NCBI GenBank assembly: GCA_031370005.1
Contig: JANMPT010000060.1
Span: 1 to 48,880, forward strand
DNA: 48,880 bases
Direction: 5' to 3'
Origin: Bdellovibrionales bacterium
GTDB lineage: Bacteria; Bdellovibrionota; Bdellovibrionia; Bdellovibrionales; Bdellovibrionaceae
This document shows, one piece after another, positions 17,739 through 27,670 of this stretch. The notes beneath the pieces are model-generated. The model was not told the origin of the DNA and searched no databases. It was given only the letters and a program-made list of their open reading frames with translations. The position numbers and the translations under genes are program-made. How positions within the stretch are numbered: position 1 is the stretch's first letter; every line of letters starts with the position of its first letter.

Positions 17739-19271
17739 CTAAATAAGAAAAATCTCATACTGCTCTATGTGATAGCTTGGCTCGATTTTAAAGGCCACGG
17801 ATCTGCCAATTTTTTTTTCGATGTGCTCTAAGCCTTCGCCTTCTGTCTCATAAATCCAATCCACAACTTCAGCGTGACAGTGAATAACGATATTTGTTTT
17901 TTTGTTTTCAAGAACTCCCACATCGCGCTCTAGCTCACGGAAAATTTCGTTCGCAATCGTCGACTTACGCTTTATGTACCCTTTGCCCTCACAATACGAA
18001 CAGGGCTCACACAAAGTCTTAATTAGGCTTGGGCGAGTGCGTTTTCGCGTCATCTCAACAAGTCCTAGCTGCGACATCGACACAATATTTGTCCGCGCGC
18101 GGTCCCGATGCAGCTCTTCAGCCAAGGCGTCTAAAACTTTTTCTCGATGAGACTCTTTTTCCATATCGATAAAGTCGATAATGATAATTCCGCCACAATT
18201 TCTGATTCTCAATTGATGGGCAATTTCACGTAAGGCTTCGAGATTCGTTTTTAGAATTGTGTCTTCAAGGTCCTTTTTTCCAACGAACTTTCCCGTGTTC
18301 ACATCAATAACAACAAGCGCTTCCGCCTCGTCGATAACAATGTAGCCACCCGACTTGAGCCACATTTTTCGCTCCATTGAGCGCGAGATCTCTATGTCGA
18401 TGTCATACAAATCAAACAGTGGTTTTTTCTCTTCATAAAATACCACGTTTTGTTTGTGTTTCGGCATCAGCTGTGAAACGAATCTTGTTACTTTTTTGTA
18501 AATCTCAATGTCATCAACCCAAACACTGGAAACATTTTCACTCATCAAATCACGCAGTGCACGCAGCTCAACTTCGGGCTCTTGGTGGATAATCCCGGGG
18601 GTTTTTTTCTTCTCGTAATTTTTGAAAACCTCTTTGCTTAAACGATCAAGATATTCAATGTCTGCGCGAAGACTTTCCTCGCTAGCGCCTTCTCCCGCAG
18701 TTCTTACAATCACTCCGCCTTGGGGGTTTATTTTTTGAACAATGTGGCGCAAACGCTCTCGCTCATCTTCATTTTCAATACGCCGAGAAACTCCCAAGTG
18801 GCGCACCGTCGGTAAATATACAACAAAGCGGCCTGGCAAAGAAATGTGCGTTGTAAGTCTTGCCCCTTTTGTGCCAAGAGGATCTTTTGCTACTTGAACT
18901 AAGATCGATTGTCCCTCTTTGATAATATCTTGTATCGGTGTTTTGTTGTGTTGGCTTACTGTTGGTAGACTTTCAGTCTCTGTGTCTGATCCTAAGACGT
19001 CATCACGATCAAGATCAGCAAAAGGATAGGCTCCCGAGTCCACGTCTTCGCGAATATCGCCAACGTATAAAAACGCAGCCTTGTCTAGGCCAATGTCTAC
19101 AAAAGCGGCCTGCATTCCTGGAAGAACACGAATCACATTTCCACGATGGACAGAGCCGACCAAGGTCGGGGACGTTTTTCTTTCAATTTTGAAATCGGTC
19201 AAAACCCCTGCGTCGACATAGGCGACACGAGTTTCTTGTGGTTTCACATTGATGAGAATTTCTGCTGACAT
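17739..19271 (-). CDS. rng: Ribonuclease G / RNase E catalytic-domain family
   Basis: VLPGMQAAFVDIG, QVAKDPLGTKGARLT, IDVNTG, IIIDFIDM, CSYCEG; no long C-terminal scaffold. Confidence 0.93.
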   Translation of the reverse strand: MSAEILINVKPQETRVAYVDAGVLTDFKIERKTSPTLVGSVHRGNVIRVLPGMQAAFVDIGLDKAAFLYVGDIREDVDSGAYPFADLDRDDVLGSDTETESLPTVSQHNKTPIQDIIKEGQSILVQVAKDPLGTKGARLTTHISLPGRFVVYLPTVRHLGVSRRIENEDERERLRHIVQKINPQGGVIVRTAGEGASEESLRADIEYLDRLSKEVFKNYEKKKTPGIIHQEPEVELRALRDLMSENVSSVWVDDIEIYKKVTRFVSQLMPKHKQNVVFYEEKKPLFDLYDIDIEISRSMERKMWLKSGGYIVIDEAEALVVIDVNTGKFVGKKDLEDTILKTNLEALREIAHQLRIRNCGGIIIIDFIDMEKESHREKVLDALAEELHRDRARTNIVSMSQLGLVEMTRKRTRPSLIKTLCEPCSYCEGKGYIKRKSTIANEIFRELERDVGVLENKKTNIVIHCHAEVVDWIYETEGEGLEHIEKKIGRSVAFKIEPSYHIEQYEIFLI

Positions 19272-19329
19272 TGGCAAACCTCTGCAATCAGTCCTTAGTC
19301 CAGTTCCTCACGTAAAGGCAATGAGTATT

Positions 19330-19356
19330 TAAATTTTAAGGAACTTTCGCCGAAAA
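19330..19356 (+). promoter_or_regulatory. sigma28 (FliA)-type promoter upstream of pilT
   Basis: TAAA-N15-GCCGAAAA. Confidence 0.7.
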
Positions 19357-19386
19357 GATAAGTGAAAACCTCGTGAAAGGGTGAAC

Positions 19387-20463
19387 ATGGCAACAATTGA
19401 TGATCTATTCCGTTTGATGGTCGACCAAGGCGCATCAGACCTTCATATTACTAGTGGAGCACCGCCATATCTTCGCCTGCATGGGAATATGATTTCCTTA
19501 AATTATCGCGAGCTTTCAAGCCAAGATGTGCAGGGGTTGATTTTCGAAATACTCAGCGAGAAACAAAAAAAATCCTTCATAGAGAAATGGGAGCTCGATT
19601 ATGCCTATACGCTTCAAGGGATAGGACGTTTTCGTTGCAATATTTTCATGCAGCGAAAAGGCCTGGGAGCCGTATTTCGTATCATCCCTGAAAAAATTAA
19701 AACGGCGCAGGAGCTCAACCTTCCGTCCTCAGTGATGGACGTTATTGATTGTGAAAAAGGCCTCATCCTAGTAACCGGGCCGACCGGCTCAGGTAAGTCG
19801 ACAACGCTCGCATCACTGATCCATCACATCAATGCGACACGCGAAGCTCATATCATTACCGTTGAAGACCCTATTGAGTTCGTGCACCCAAACATCAAAA
19901 GTCTAATCAACCAGCGTGAAGTCGGAAGCCATACAAAGTCCTTTGCTAATGCATTGAAAGCTGCGCTTCGTGAAGATCCAGACATTTTACTTGTGGGTGA
20001 GCTGCGTGACTTAGAGACCATCGCCTTGGCACTAACGGCCGCTGAAACAGGACACATTGTGTTTGGAACATTACATACCAATAGTGCTGCAAAAACAGTT
20101 GACCGTATCATCGACGTTTTCCCAGCGGGTCAACAACAACAAATCAGAACCATGCTTGCAGAAAGCTTGCGCGGAGTTATCGCTCAAACCCTATTCACAC
20201 GGGCAGACGGGCAAGGCCGTATTGCGGCTTACGAAATCATGCGGAACAATAAGGCCATCGCAAATCTTATTCGTGAAAACAAAATCCATCAGATTCCTTC
20301 TGCAATGCAAACGGGCTCGGCCAGTGGTATGATTCTTTTTGAAAAATATATCGAAGATCTAGTCAAAAAAGGAAAGGTCTCGGCGCACGACGCCAAAAGT
20401 TTCCTCGGAAAAGAGGGCGATGTCACAGTTGCCGGCTCTGGGAGCAACACCAAAGCGGGTTAG
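19387..20463 (+). CDS. pilT: Type IV pilus retraction ATPase
   Basis: ASDLH, GPTGSGKS, TVEDPIE, ALREDPD, GELRD, TLHT, AIANLIRE (AIRNLIRE motif). Confidence 0.95.
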   Translation: MATIDDLFRLMVDQGASDLHITSGAPPYLRLHGNMISLNYRELSSQDVQGLIFEILSEKQKKSFIEKWELDYAYTLQGIGRFRCNIFMQRKGLGAVFRIIPEKIKTAQELNLPSSVMDVIDCEKGLILVTGPTGSGKSTTLASLIHHINATREAHIITVEDPIEFVHPNIKSLINQREVGSHTKSFANALKAALREDPDILLVGELRDLETIALALTAAETGHIVFGTLHTNSAAKTVDRIIDVFPAGQQQQIRTMLAESLRGVIAQTLFTRADGQGRIAAYEIMRNNKAIANLIRENKIHQIPSAMQTGSASGMILFEKYIEDLVKKGKVSAHDAKSFLGKEGDVTVAGSGSNTKAG

Positions 20464-20467
20464 TTTT

Positions 20468-20526
20468 TTGACTTTCCGATTAAGCCTCAGTAACCTCCCA
20501 GCAAGCGACACTGGGAGGTCCTTTTG
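20468..20526 (+). promoter_or_regulatory. sigma70 promoter of deoC overlapped by a 9-bp hairpin that contains the deoC SD
   Basis: TTGACT-N17-TAACCT; ACCTCCCAG(20493-20501)/CTGGGAGGT(20511-20519) followed by CCTTTTG. Confidence 0.65.
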
Positions 20527-21189
20527 AAAAACCTTGCCTCATACATTGATCATACAATTTTAAAACCGGAAACAACCGAATCACAAATTCGTCAGCTCTG
20601 CAAAGAGGCTCTTGAAAATCAATTTTTTAGCGTCTGTGTGAATACCAGCTTCATACCTTTATGTGCGGAGCTCTTAAAAAACTCTCAGGTACATATTTGT
20701 GCGGTTGTTGGTTTTCCCCTGGGGGCCATGAGCACTGCGGCCAAAGCCTTTGAAGCCAAATGGGCCGTGGAAAATGGAGCTGACGAGATCGACATGGTTA
20801 TACAAATTGGTTTTCTCAAGGGACACGAGTACAGCTACGTTCGTGATGACATCGCCGCTGTCGTAGCGGCTGCTCAAGGTCGTACTGTGAAGGTAATCAT
20901 TGAGACCGCCCTTCTTACTAAGGATGAGAAAATCATCGCTTGTAAGCTTAGCAAAGAGGCCAGGGCCCACTTCGTTAAAACCAGTACTGGTTTTAACGGT
21001 GGCGGAGCTACGATTGAAGACATTCAGCTAATGAAATCAATTGTCGGCGAAGATATGGCCGTTAAAGCCAGTGGTGGTGTCCGCGATCGGGCATCAGCCG
21101 AAGCCATGATCCAAGCTGGTGCAACCCGCCTTGGAACAAGTTCCGGTGTTCTTCTTATTAAAAATCTACAGACGACCGGAGCCTACTAA
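20524..21189 (+). CDS. deoC: Deoxyribose-phosphate aldolase
   Basis: IDHTILKP, VVGFPLG, GADEIDMV, KVIIET, FVKTSTG, KASGG, RLGTS. Confidence 0.97.
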   Translation: MKNLASYIDHTILKPETTESQIRQLCKEALENQFFSVCVNTSFIPLCAELLKNSQVHICAVVGFPLGAMSTAAKAFEAKWAVENGADEIDMVIQIGFLKGHEYSYVRDDIAAVVAAAQGRTVKVIIETALLTKDEKIIACKLSKEARAHFVKTSTGFNGGGATIEDIQLMKSIVGEDMAVKASGGVRDRASAEAMIQAGATRLGTSSGVLLIKNLQTTGAY

Positions 21190-21190
21190 A

Positions 21191-22492
21191 ATGCCTTTTC
21201 TGCCCGCTGAAATTATTAAAATAAAACGTAATGGTGGCACTTTAACCCAAGAACAAATCGAAGAGTTTATACTTGGCTACGCCAATGCTCGTATTCCTGA
21301 CTATCAAATGTCAGCACTTTTAATGGCGATTTACTTTAAAGGTATGACTATGGAGGAAACCTTGTCTTTGACAAAGGCGATGCTCCACTCTGGTGAAATT
21401 GTTGATTTCTCACAAGTTCCAGGCTTCAAAGTTGATAAGCACTCCACTGGCGGCGTTGGTGATAAAACCAGTTTGATTTTAGGGCCCATCGTTGCCGCTG
21501 CAGGAGTAGCTGTGCCAATGATTTCCGGGAGGGGCTTAGGCCACACCGGTGGAACTCTAGACAAACTTGAGAGCATCCCGGGGTTTAATACCCAGCTTGA
21601 CTTAGTCAGTTTCAAAAAAATGGTGGCTCAGCATCAGATCTGCTTTATTGGCCAAACAAAAGAAATCTGCCCTGCGGATAAAAAAATCTATGCCCTGCGA
21701 GACGTCACAGCCACGATTGAAAGCCTTCCGCTAATCTGCGCAAGCATCATGTCAAAAAAACTTGCCGAAGGGATTGATGGCTTAGTCCTTGATGTAAAAT
21801 ATGGGTCCGGCGCTTTCATGAAACAGCCTGAAAAGGCAGAAGAACTCGCCTTGAATCTGATGAGCATTGCCCAGGGCTACGGAAAAAAAGTCGTAGCTCT
21901 TTTAACAAATATGAATCAACCCCTTGGTCGCTATGCTGGAAACTCCCTTGAGGTTGAAGAGTGTGTCGATATTATGAAAGGTCGAGAGCATAAGCAGTAC
22001 CATGACACGCGAGAGCTCAGCCTTAGGCTGTCAGCCCATATGCTACAGATGGCTGGCAAATCTAAAACTCTCGAGGATGCCTACAGGTTGGCGACAGAGG
22101 TGCTGGTCTCTGGAAAAGCATATAAAAAATTTGAAGAACTTTGCTTGATACATGGAGGAAATCTTGCTGCTTTGCCGAAACCAAAGCACAAGCTTGTTGT
22201 AACAGCTGAAACAGCAGGCTTCTTGAGTGGCTTTAATACAGAAGCCATTGGCGTCGCTGGCATTTTGCTTCGCGCTGGACGCAGCCTTACTACTGACGTG
22301 ATTGCCCCCACCGCAGGGGTTGAGTTTCATGCTAAAATTTCTGACTTCTTGCAAGCAAATGACCCAATCTACACTCTACATGGAGATGACTTAACTCTGT
22401 TAACCTCAGCACTTCCATTGCTAAAAGCCTCTGTCACTATCTCCTTGCAAAAACCCCCAAGCCCGAGTTTGATACTTAAAACTCTTGTTTAG
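21191..22492 (+). CDS. pdp: Pyrimidine-nucleoside/thymidine phosphorylase
   Basis: DYQMSALLMA, DKHSTGGVGDK, SGRGLGHTGGTLDKLE, SIMSKK; ATG at 21191. Confidence 0.93.
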   Translation: MPFLPAEIIKIKRNGGTLTQEQIEEFILGYANARIPDYQMSALLMAIYFKGMTMEETLSLTKAMLHSGEIVDFSQVPGFKVDKHSTGGVGDKTSLILGPIVAAAGVAVPMISGRGLGHTGGTLDKLESIPGFNTQLDLVSFKKMVAQHQICFIGQTKEICPADKKIYALRDVTATIESLPLICASIMSKKLAEGIDGLVLDVKYGSGAFMKQPEKAEELALNLMSIAQGYGKKVVALLTNMNQPLGRYAGNSLEVEECVDIMKGREHKQYHDTRELSLRLSAHMLQMAGKSKTLEDAYRLATEVLVSGKAYKKFEELCLIHGGNLAALPKPKHKLVVTAETAGFLSGFNTEAIGVAGILLRAGRSLTTDVIAPTAGVEFHAKISDFLQANDPIYTLHGDDLTLLTSALPLLKASVTISLQKPPSPSLILKTLV

Positions 22493-22504
22493 AGAGGGAT
22501 TCTC

Positions 22505-23320
22505 ATGGTCTTCCAAAAACTGACAGAAACTGTAAAATACATTCGCTCCATCACACCTAGCAAACCGCGTGTCGGGATCACTCTTGGGTCTGGTCTTGGT
22601 GCTTTCGTGAACGTACTCGAAGTTGAACACTCGATTCCATATCATGAGATTCCTTATTTTATGCCAACAACCATCGAAGGCCACCAAGGCAATCTTATTT
22701 TCGGTAAAATCGGCAACCAATCTGTTGTCGTTCTTCAGGGTCGTAATCACTATTATGAAGGTCACAATATGGAAACCGTGGTGTTTCCAACTAGGACCTT
22801 AGCTCTCTTAGGAATTGAGTCCTTAGTTTTAACAAACTCTGCCGGAGGCTTTGGCGAAACCATGCAGGCCGGGGATTTCATGATTATAGAAGACCACATT
22901 AACCTTATGGGCACCAATCCCCTAATGGGTCCAAATATTAAGGAGCTGGGGCCTCGCTTTCCGGATATGACGGAGGCCTACGACAAAACGCTTATCGAAA
23001 AAATGGAGACTGTTTTTCAAAAACAAAACACTCGATATCACAAAGGTGTCTATTGTGGGGTGAGTGGTCCTACTTATGAAACCCCTTCAGAGGTTCGCTA
23101 CTTGAAGCTTATTGGCGGAAAGGCTGTCGGCATGAGTACCGTTCCTGAGGTCATCGCGGCAAATCACTTGGGCATTCGCGTTGCGGCTCTAAGCTGTATT
23201 ACAAACCTTGCCGCAGGTATTTCACGTCAGAAACTTTCACACCAGGATGTGACCGACACTGCAAAACGAGTAGAAAAACAATTCACTGACTTCTTAAAAG
23301 ACTTTGTTCAATTAATCTAA
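22505..23320 (+). CDS. punA: Purine nucleoside phosphorylase (trimeric PunA/XapA type)
   Basis: LGSGLG, QGRNHYYEG, TNSAGG, DHIN, GPTYETPSE, VGMSTVPE. Confidence 0.93.
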   Translation: MVFQKLTETVKYIRSITPSKPRVGITLGSGLGAFVNVLEVEHSIPYHEIPYFMPTTIEGHQGNLIFGKIGNQSVVVLQGRNHYYEGHNMETVVFPTRTLALLGIESLVLTNSAGGFGETMQAGDFMIIEDHINLMGTNPLMGPNIKELGPRFPDMTEAYDKTLIEKMETVFQKQNTRYHKGVYCGVSGPTYETPSEVRYLKLIGGKAVGMSTVPEVIAANHLGIRVAALSCITNLAAGISRQKLSHQDVTDTAKRVEKQFTDFLKDFVQLI

Positions 23321-23354
23321 ACAAGCCTTTGATCTAGTTGTCTAGATTCAAGAC

Positions 23355-23381
23355 TATATAAATTTCAAAAGCGGCCGATGA
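23355..23381 (+). promoter_or_regulatory. Candidate sigma28-type promoter upstream of the S8 protease
   Basis: TATA-N15-GCCGATGA. Confidence 0.5.
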
Positions 23382-23447
23382 GTTAACCGAGGAAATCTGC
23401 AGAGCTTGTCTCACTATTGGGACTAGTTTGGTTCCTCGGGAGACAAC

Positions 23448-24689
23448 ATGGAAGTTGGATTTCACTCGGCAAAAGCTATTTTCTTTTTATTGTTTTTACT
23501 TTCGGCTTGCAGCCCAAAAACAACAACCTCTGTTTTTAGTGAGGCTAACTATAATAGCTCCACATGCTCAGGACAGGCCCTATCCACGCGTTATATAGTG
23601 CAATGGGAAAGTGGCGAATTCACCGTAGAATCAGCTGCCAATGTGGAAAAATTCAAAAAAGATTTTCTTGAGCCTAATCTCGATAAAATTCGCAAAGTGG
23701 AATATGACCGTGTCGTTCAATTTGAGCGTGGCGCTGATGTCGCTAAGGTTACTGACGTTGCGCCAGCTGATTATTGGGGGCAAGACATGGTACAGGCCTC
23801 CAGTCTTTGGAGCCAAGGCATCTATGGTCAAAATGTTCTCGTTGGTATTGTTGACTCCTATATCGACATCAAGAATGCCCAACTCGTTGATCGAATCGCC
23901 TATAACACCGGCGACATACCTGGAAATGGTTTGGATGATGATCTGAATGGCTATGTAGATGACTATGCTGGTTACTCTTTCATTTCAAATCCTGGAAAAA
24001 ATGGGAAAGTCAGCGATCATGGCACTCATGTGTCTGGAATTATTGCCGCTGAGCACAGCAAGGGCTACATCAAAGGCATGGCCCCTCAAGCAAAAATCAT
24101 CCCGGCTCCTTTCATTGATGGCGAGAACGGCGGCTCAATTGGAGATGCCATCTTAGCACTTCAGTATGTTAGCGCTCGTGGCGCAAAGGTGATCAATGCC
24201 AGTTGGGGTGGAGCTCCGTGCATGCAGTCTCTCCGAAACGCATTCACTGAGTTGGCCAATAAAGGCATTCTCATCGTTGTCGCTGCAGGTAATGATGGCG
24301 CAGATATCGATTACAAGCCTGATTACCCCGCCGCCTTTAATATGCCAAATCAACTCACTGTTGCAGCTTCAACCAGCTACGACTTTATGGCCTCATGGTC
24401 CAATGTCGGATTTAATTTGGTTCACTTAGCGGCCCCTGGCGCTGACATCCTTAGCACCATCACAGGAAATCGCCTTGGTCTTATGAGCGGAACCTCTATG
24501 GCCGGGCCATTTGTCACCGGCGCTGCGGCACTATTATGGAGTGACCGACCACAAGCTACCGTAAGCGATATTAAAACAGCCCTGCTGCGATCCGTCGACG
24601 TAACTCAAAACCACGAGTTCAAGGTGCAGACCCTTGGGCGCTTGAATGTAAAAAAAGCCCTTATTGAACTTCATAAGCTAGTCCCATAG
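23448..24689 (+). CDS. Subtilisin-like S8 serine protease, lipoprotein
   Basis: Lipobox LLSAC; triad VDS, HGTHVSG, SGTSMA; AAGN oxyanion motif; DDDLNGYVDD Ca-binding loop. Confidence 0.93.
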   Translation: MEVGFHSAKAIFFLLFLLSACSPKTTTSVFSEANYNSSTCSGQALSTRYIVQWESGEFTVESAANVEKFKKDFLEPNLDKIRKVEYDRVVQFERGADVAKVTDVAPADYWGQDMVQASSLWSQGIYGQNVLVGIVDSYIDIKNAQLVDRIAYNTGDIPGNGLDDDLNGYVDDYAGYSFISNPGKNGKVSDHGTHVSGIIAAEHSKGYIKGMAPQAKIIPAPFIDGENGGSIGDAILALQYVSARGAKVINASWGGAPCMQSLRNAFTELANKGILIVVAAGNDGADIDYKPDYPAAFNMPNQLTVAASTSYDFMASWSNVGFNLVHLAAPGADILSTITGNRLGLMSGTSMAGPFVTGAAALLWSDRPQATVSDIKTALLRSVDVTQNHEFKVQTLGRLNVKKALIELHKLVP

Positions 24690-24791
24690 CGCGCCGCCAC
24701 AAGCCATTGCTGCGCGTCCGAGTTTTCCAGTGAGATTCTCCTCATCCTCATGGTAAAAACCTTTCTTTGCTTTCTTTTTGAAAGGGTATGC

Positions 24792-26081
24792 ATGAGATAT
24801 TATATCTCTGATCTAAAAGACTGTGTGGGTCAAAAAATAGCGCTTAAGGGTTGGGTCTACAATACTCGCTCTTCAGGTAAAGTAAAATTCCTAGAGCTCC
24901 GGGATGGCACAGGCATTGTTCCCTGCGTTTTCTTTAAAGCCGATTGCGGTGATTCCGCCTATGATTTGTTTGATAAGATGACACAGGAAAGCTCTGTGCG
25001 TATTGCGGGAACCGTTCGTGAACATCCAAAACGCAAGGGTGAATTTGAAATTGGAGTGACTGAGGCCGAGCTTCTTGGAGCATCAGAAAACTATCCGATC
25101 ACGCCAAAAGAACATGGAACCGATTTCTTGATGGACCATCGCCATCTCTGGATCCGCTCTAAACGTCAACATGCCATTCTTCGCGTTCGCCATGAAATCG
25201 TCGCAGCGATTCGTGATTTCTTTGACGGCCGGGGGTTCACACTGACTGATGCGCCGATTTTTACCCCTGCGGCGTGTGAGGGCACTTCGAATCTTTTTGA
25301 AACAAAGTACTTCGATGAGAAAGCCTATTTGTCTCAATCAGGCCAGCTTTACATGGAGGCCACTGCTCGCGCCTTTGGTAAAGTCTATTGCTTCGGCCCC
25401 ACTTTCCGCGCAGAAAAATCCAAAACACGTCGCCACCTGATTGAGTTCTGGATGGTAGAACCCGAAGTGGCCTTCAATGATATGTACGATAACATGGAGC
25501 TTGCTGAACAATTTGTAGAGTACATCGTACAACGCGTTTTAAAAAATCGCGCGGAGGAGCTAAAGACACTTGAACGAGATACTAGCAAGCTGTCCCCTAT
25601 CATTGCTCCATTTCCGAAACTACACTACAAAGAGGCCGTCGAAATTATTTTAAAGGAGAACTCAAGCTTCGTCCCTGGAGACGACTTTGGTGCACCCGAT
25701 GAAACAATTGTGTCTTCAAAATTCGACAAGCCTGTTTTTGTACATCACTATCCACAGGCGGTGAAAGCTTTCTATATGAAAGAAGATCCGAAAGATCCTG
25801 GTTATGCTATGGGCTCTGACCTTTTGGCAACAGAGGGCTATGGTGAAATGATCGGGGGCGGCCAGCGTGAAGAAAGCGTTGATATTCTCTTAAAAAAAAT
25901 CGTTGAACACGGCCTCAATGAAAAAGATTTCCAATGGTACCTCGATATCCGTCGCTATGGCTCCGTTCCTAGCAGCGGCTTCGGCTTAGGCCTTGAAAGA
26001 ACAGTTGCATGGATCTGCGGTCTTCCTCACATTCGTGAGACGATTCCTTTCCCTCGCATGTATGGTCGCTCTTACCCTTAA
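24792..26081 (+). CDS. asnS: Asparagine-tRNA ligase
   Basis: OB fold GWV...[43 protein letters not shown]. Confidence 0.93.
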   Translation: MRYYISDLKDCVGQKIALKGWVYNTRSSGKVKFLELRDGTGIVPCVFFKADCGDSAYDLFDKMTQESSVRIAGTVREHPKRKGEFEIGVTEAELLGASENYPITPKEHGTDFLMDHRHLWIRSKRQHAILRVRHEIVAAIRDFFDGRGFTLTDAPIFTPAACEGTSNLFETKYFDEKAYLSQSGQLYMEATARAFGKVYCFGPTFRAEKSKTRRHLIEFWMVEPEVAFNDMYDNMELAEQFVEYIVQRVLKNRAEELKTLERDTSKLSPIIAPFPKLHYKEAVEIILKENSSFVPGDDFGAPDETIVSSKFDKPVFVHHYPQAVKAFYMKEDPKDPGYAMGSDLLATEGYGEMIGGGQREESVDILLKKIVEHGLNEKDFQWYLDIRRYGSVPSSGFGLGLERTVAWICGLPHIRETIPFPRMYGRSYP

Positions 26082-26098
26082 CGCTTATTGGAGAATAA

Positions 26099-27661
26099 AT
26101 GGAAGAAATAAATACTCTTCGACAGCGCCTGTCTGAGCTTGAAAAAAGAAATGAGCAGGCAATGCATGGTGGCGGGACCGCCCGGGTGGCGAAGCACAAG
26201 CAGGGCGGTCGCCTTTCTGCTCGTGAGCGTTTGGACGTTTTACTTGATCCCGGCAGCTTTGTCGAAATGGATCGTTTTGTCAGTCATCGTTGTACCAATT
26301 TTGGAATGGACAAAACGGTCGTCCCCGGTGATGGCGTTATTACTGGCTATGGTCGTGCAAACGGAAAATTAGTTTATGTTTCAAGCCAAGACTTCACGGT
26401 TATTGGTGGCTCAATGTCACGCACCCAAGCGAGTAAAATCTGTAAAGTAATGGATTTGGCGGCTAAAAACGGCGCTCCTTTCATTGCCTTGAATGACTCT
26501 GGAGGAGCCCGTATTCAAGAAGGGATTGAGTCTTTGGGCGGCTATGCGGATATTTTTACTCGCAACGTAATGTGCTCCGGACTAATTCCGCAAATCACGG
26601 CAATTATGGGCCCCTGTGCTGGCGGTGCGGTTTATTCTCCGTCAATTACAGACTTTGTCTTTATGGTGAAAAATACGAGTTATATGTTTGTAACTGGCCC
26701 CGATGTTATCCGAAGCGTAACACACGAGGAAGTCACTAAAGAGGATCTCGGAGGAGCAACAACTCACTCTGCAAAATCAGGCGTTGCTCACTTTGCAACA
26801 AATGATGACAAGCATTGCTTATTAATGATTCGCGAGCTTTTGAATTTTGTTCCCTCCAACAACCTGGATGACGCCCCCACTTTACCCACAAAGGATAGGC
26901 CAGATCGTTTAGTCGACGCCCTTAATTCCATAATTCCTGATAACCCTAAAAAGCCATACGACATGCTCAGTGTTATTACAGAATGTGTGGATGAAGGTTA
27001 TTTCTTGGAGATCCACAAACAATTTGCCCAGAATATTATCGTTGGTTTTGCGCGCTTTAATGGTCGCAGCGTCGGCCTCGTTGCAAATCAGCCGAATATT
27101 CTTGCCGGTTGCCTAAATATCGAAGCCTCTCGCAAAGCGGCTCGCTTCATTCGCTTCTGTGATTCCTTTAATATACCCATTGTCAGCTTTGTAGACGTCC
27201 CCGGATTTTTGCCCGGTAAAGATCAAGAGTGGAATGGTATTATTACCCATGGAGCAAAATTACTTTATGCTTATGCCGAAGCCACTGTTCCAAAAGTCAC
27301 AGTTATTACGCGTAAAGCCTATGGTGGAGCTTATATTGTGATGGGCTCTAAACTGCTCCGCAGTGATGTGAATCTCGCTTTCCCCACTGCGGAAATCGCC
27401 GTAATGGGAGCCGATGGCGCGGTAAACATCATCTTCCGCGAAGAGATCAGCAAGGCACAAGATCCCGCAGCAGAGCGTGCCCGCCTTACTGCTGAGTACG
27501 AGTCGAAGTTCAGCAATCCTTACGTGTCTGCGGAGCTTGGCTATACCGACGAGGTCATCGAACCGGCAATGACTCGTAAACGTATTATTGACTCGCTTGA
27601 GATGCTTAAAAATAAACGGGACGTTATGCCTGCGAAAAAGCACGGCAATATTCCTCTTTAG
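26099..27661 (+). CDS. pccB: Acyl-CoA carboxylase carboxyltransferase subunit (PccB-like)
   Basis: [50 protein letters not shown]. Confidence 0.92.
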   Translation: MEEINTLRQRLSELEKRNEQAMHGGGTARVAKHKQGGRLSARERLDVLLDPGSFVEMDRFVSHRCTNFGMDKTVVPGDGVITGYGRANGKLVYVSSQDFTVIGGSMSRTQASKICKVMDLAAKNGAPFIALNDSGGARIQEGIESLGGYADIFTRNVMCSGLIPQITAIMGPCAGGAVYSPSITDFVFMVKNTSYMFVTGPDVIRSVTHEEVTKEDLGGATTHSAKSGVAHFATNDDKHCLLMIRELLNFVPSNNLDDAPTLPTKDRPDRLVDALNSIIPDNPKKPYDMLSVITECVDEGYFLEIHKQFAQNIIVGFARFNGRSVGLVANQPNILAGCLNIEASRKAARFIRFCDSFNIPIVSFVDVPGFLPGKDQEWNGIITHGAKLLYAYAEATVPKVTVITRKAYGGAYIVMGSKLLRSDVNLAFPTAEIAVMGADGAVNIIFREEISKAQDPAAERARLTAEYESKFSNPYVSAELGYTDEVIEPAMTRKRIIDSLEMLKNKRDVMPAKKHGNIPL

Positions 27662-27670
27662 GAGATTTAA

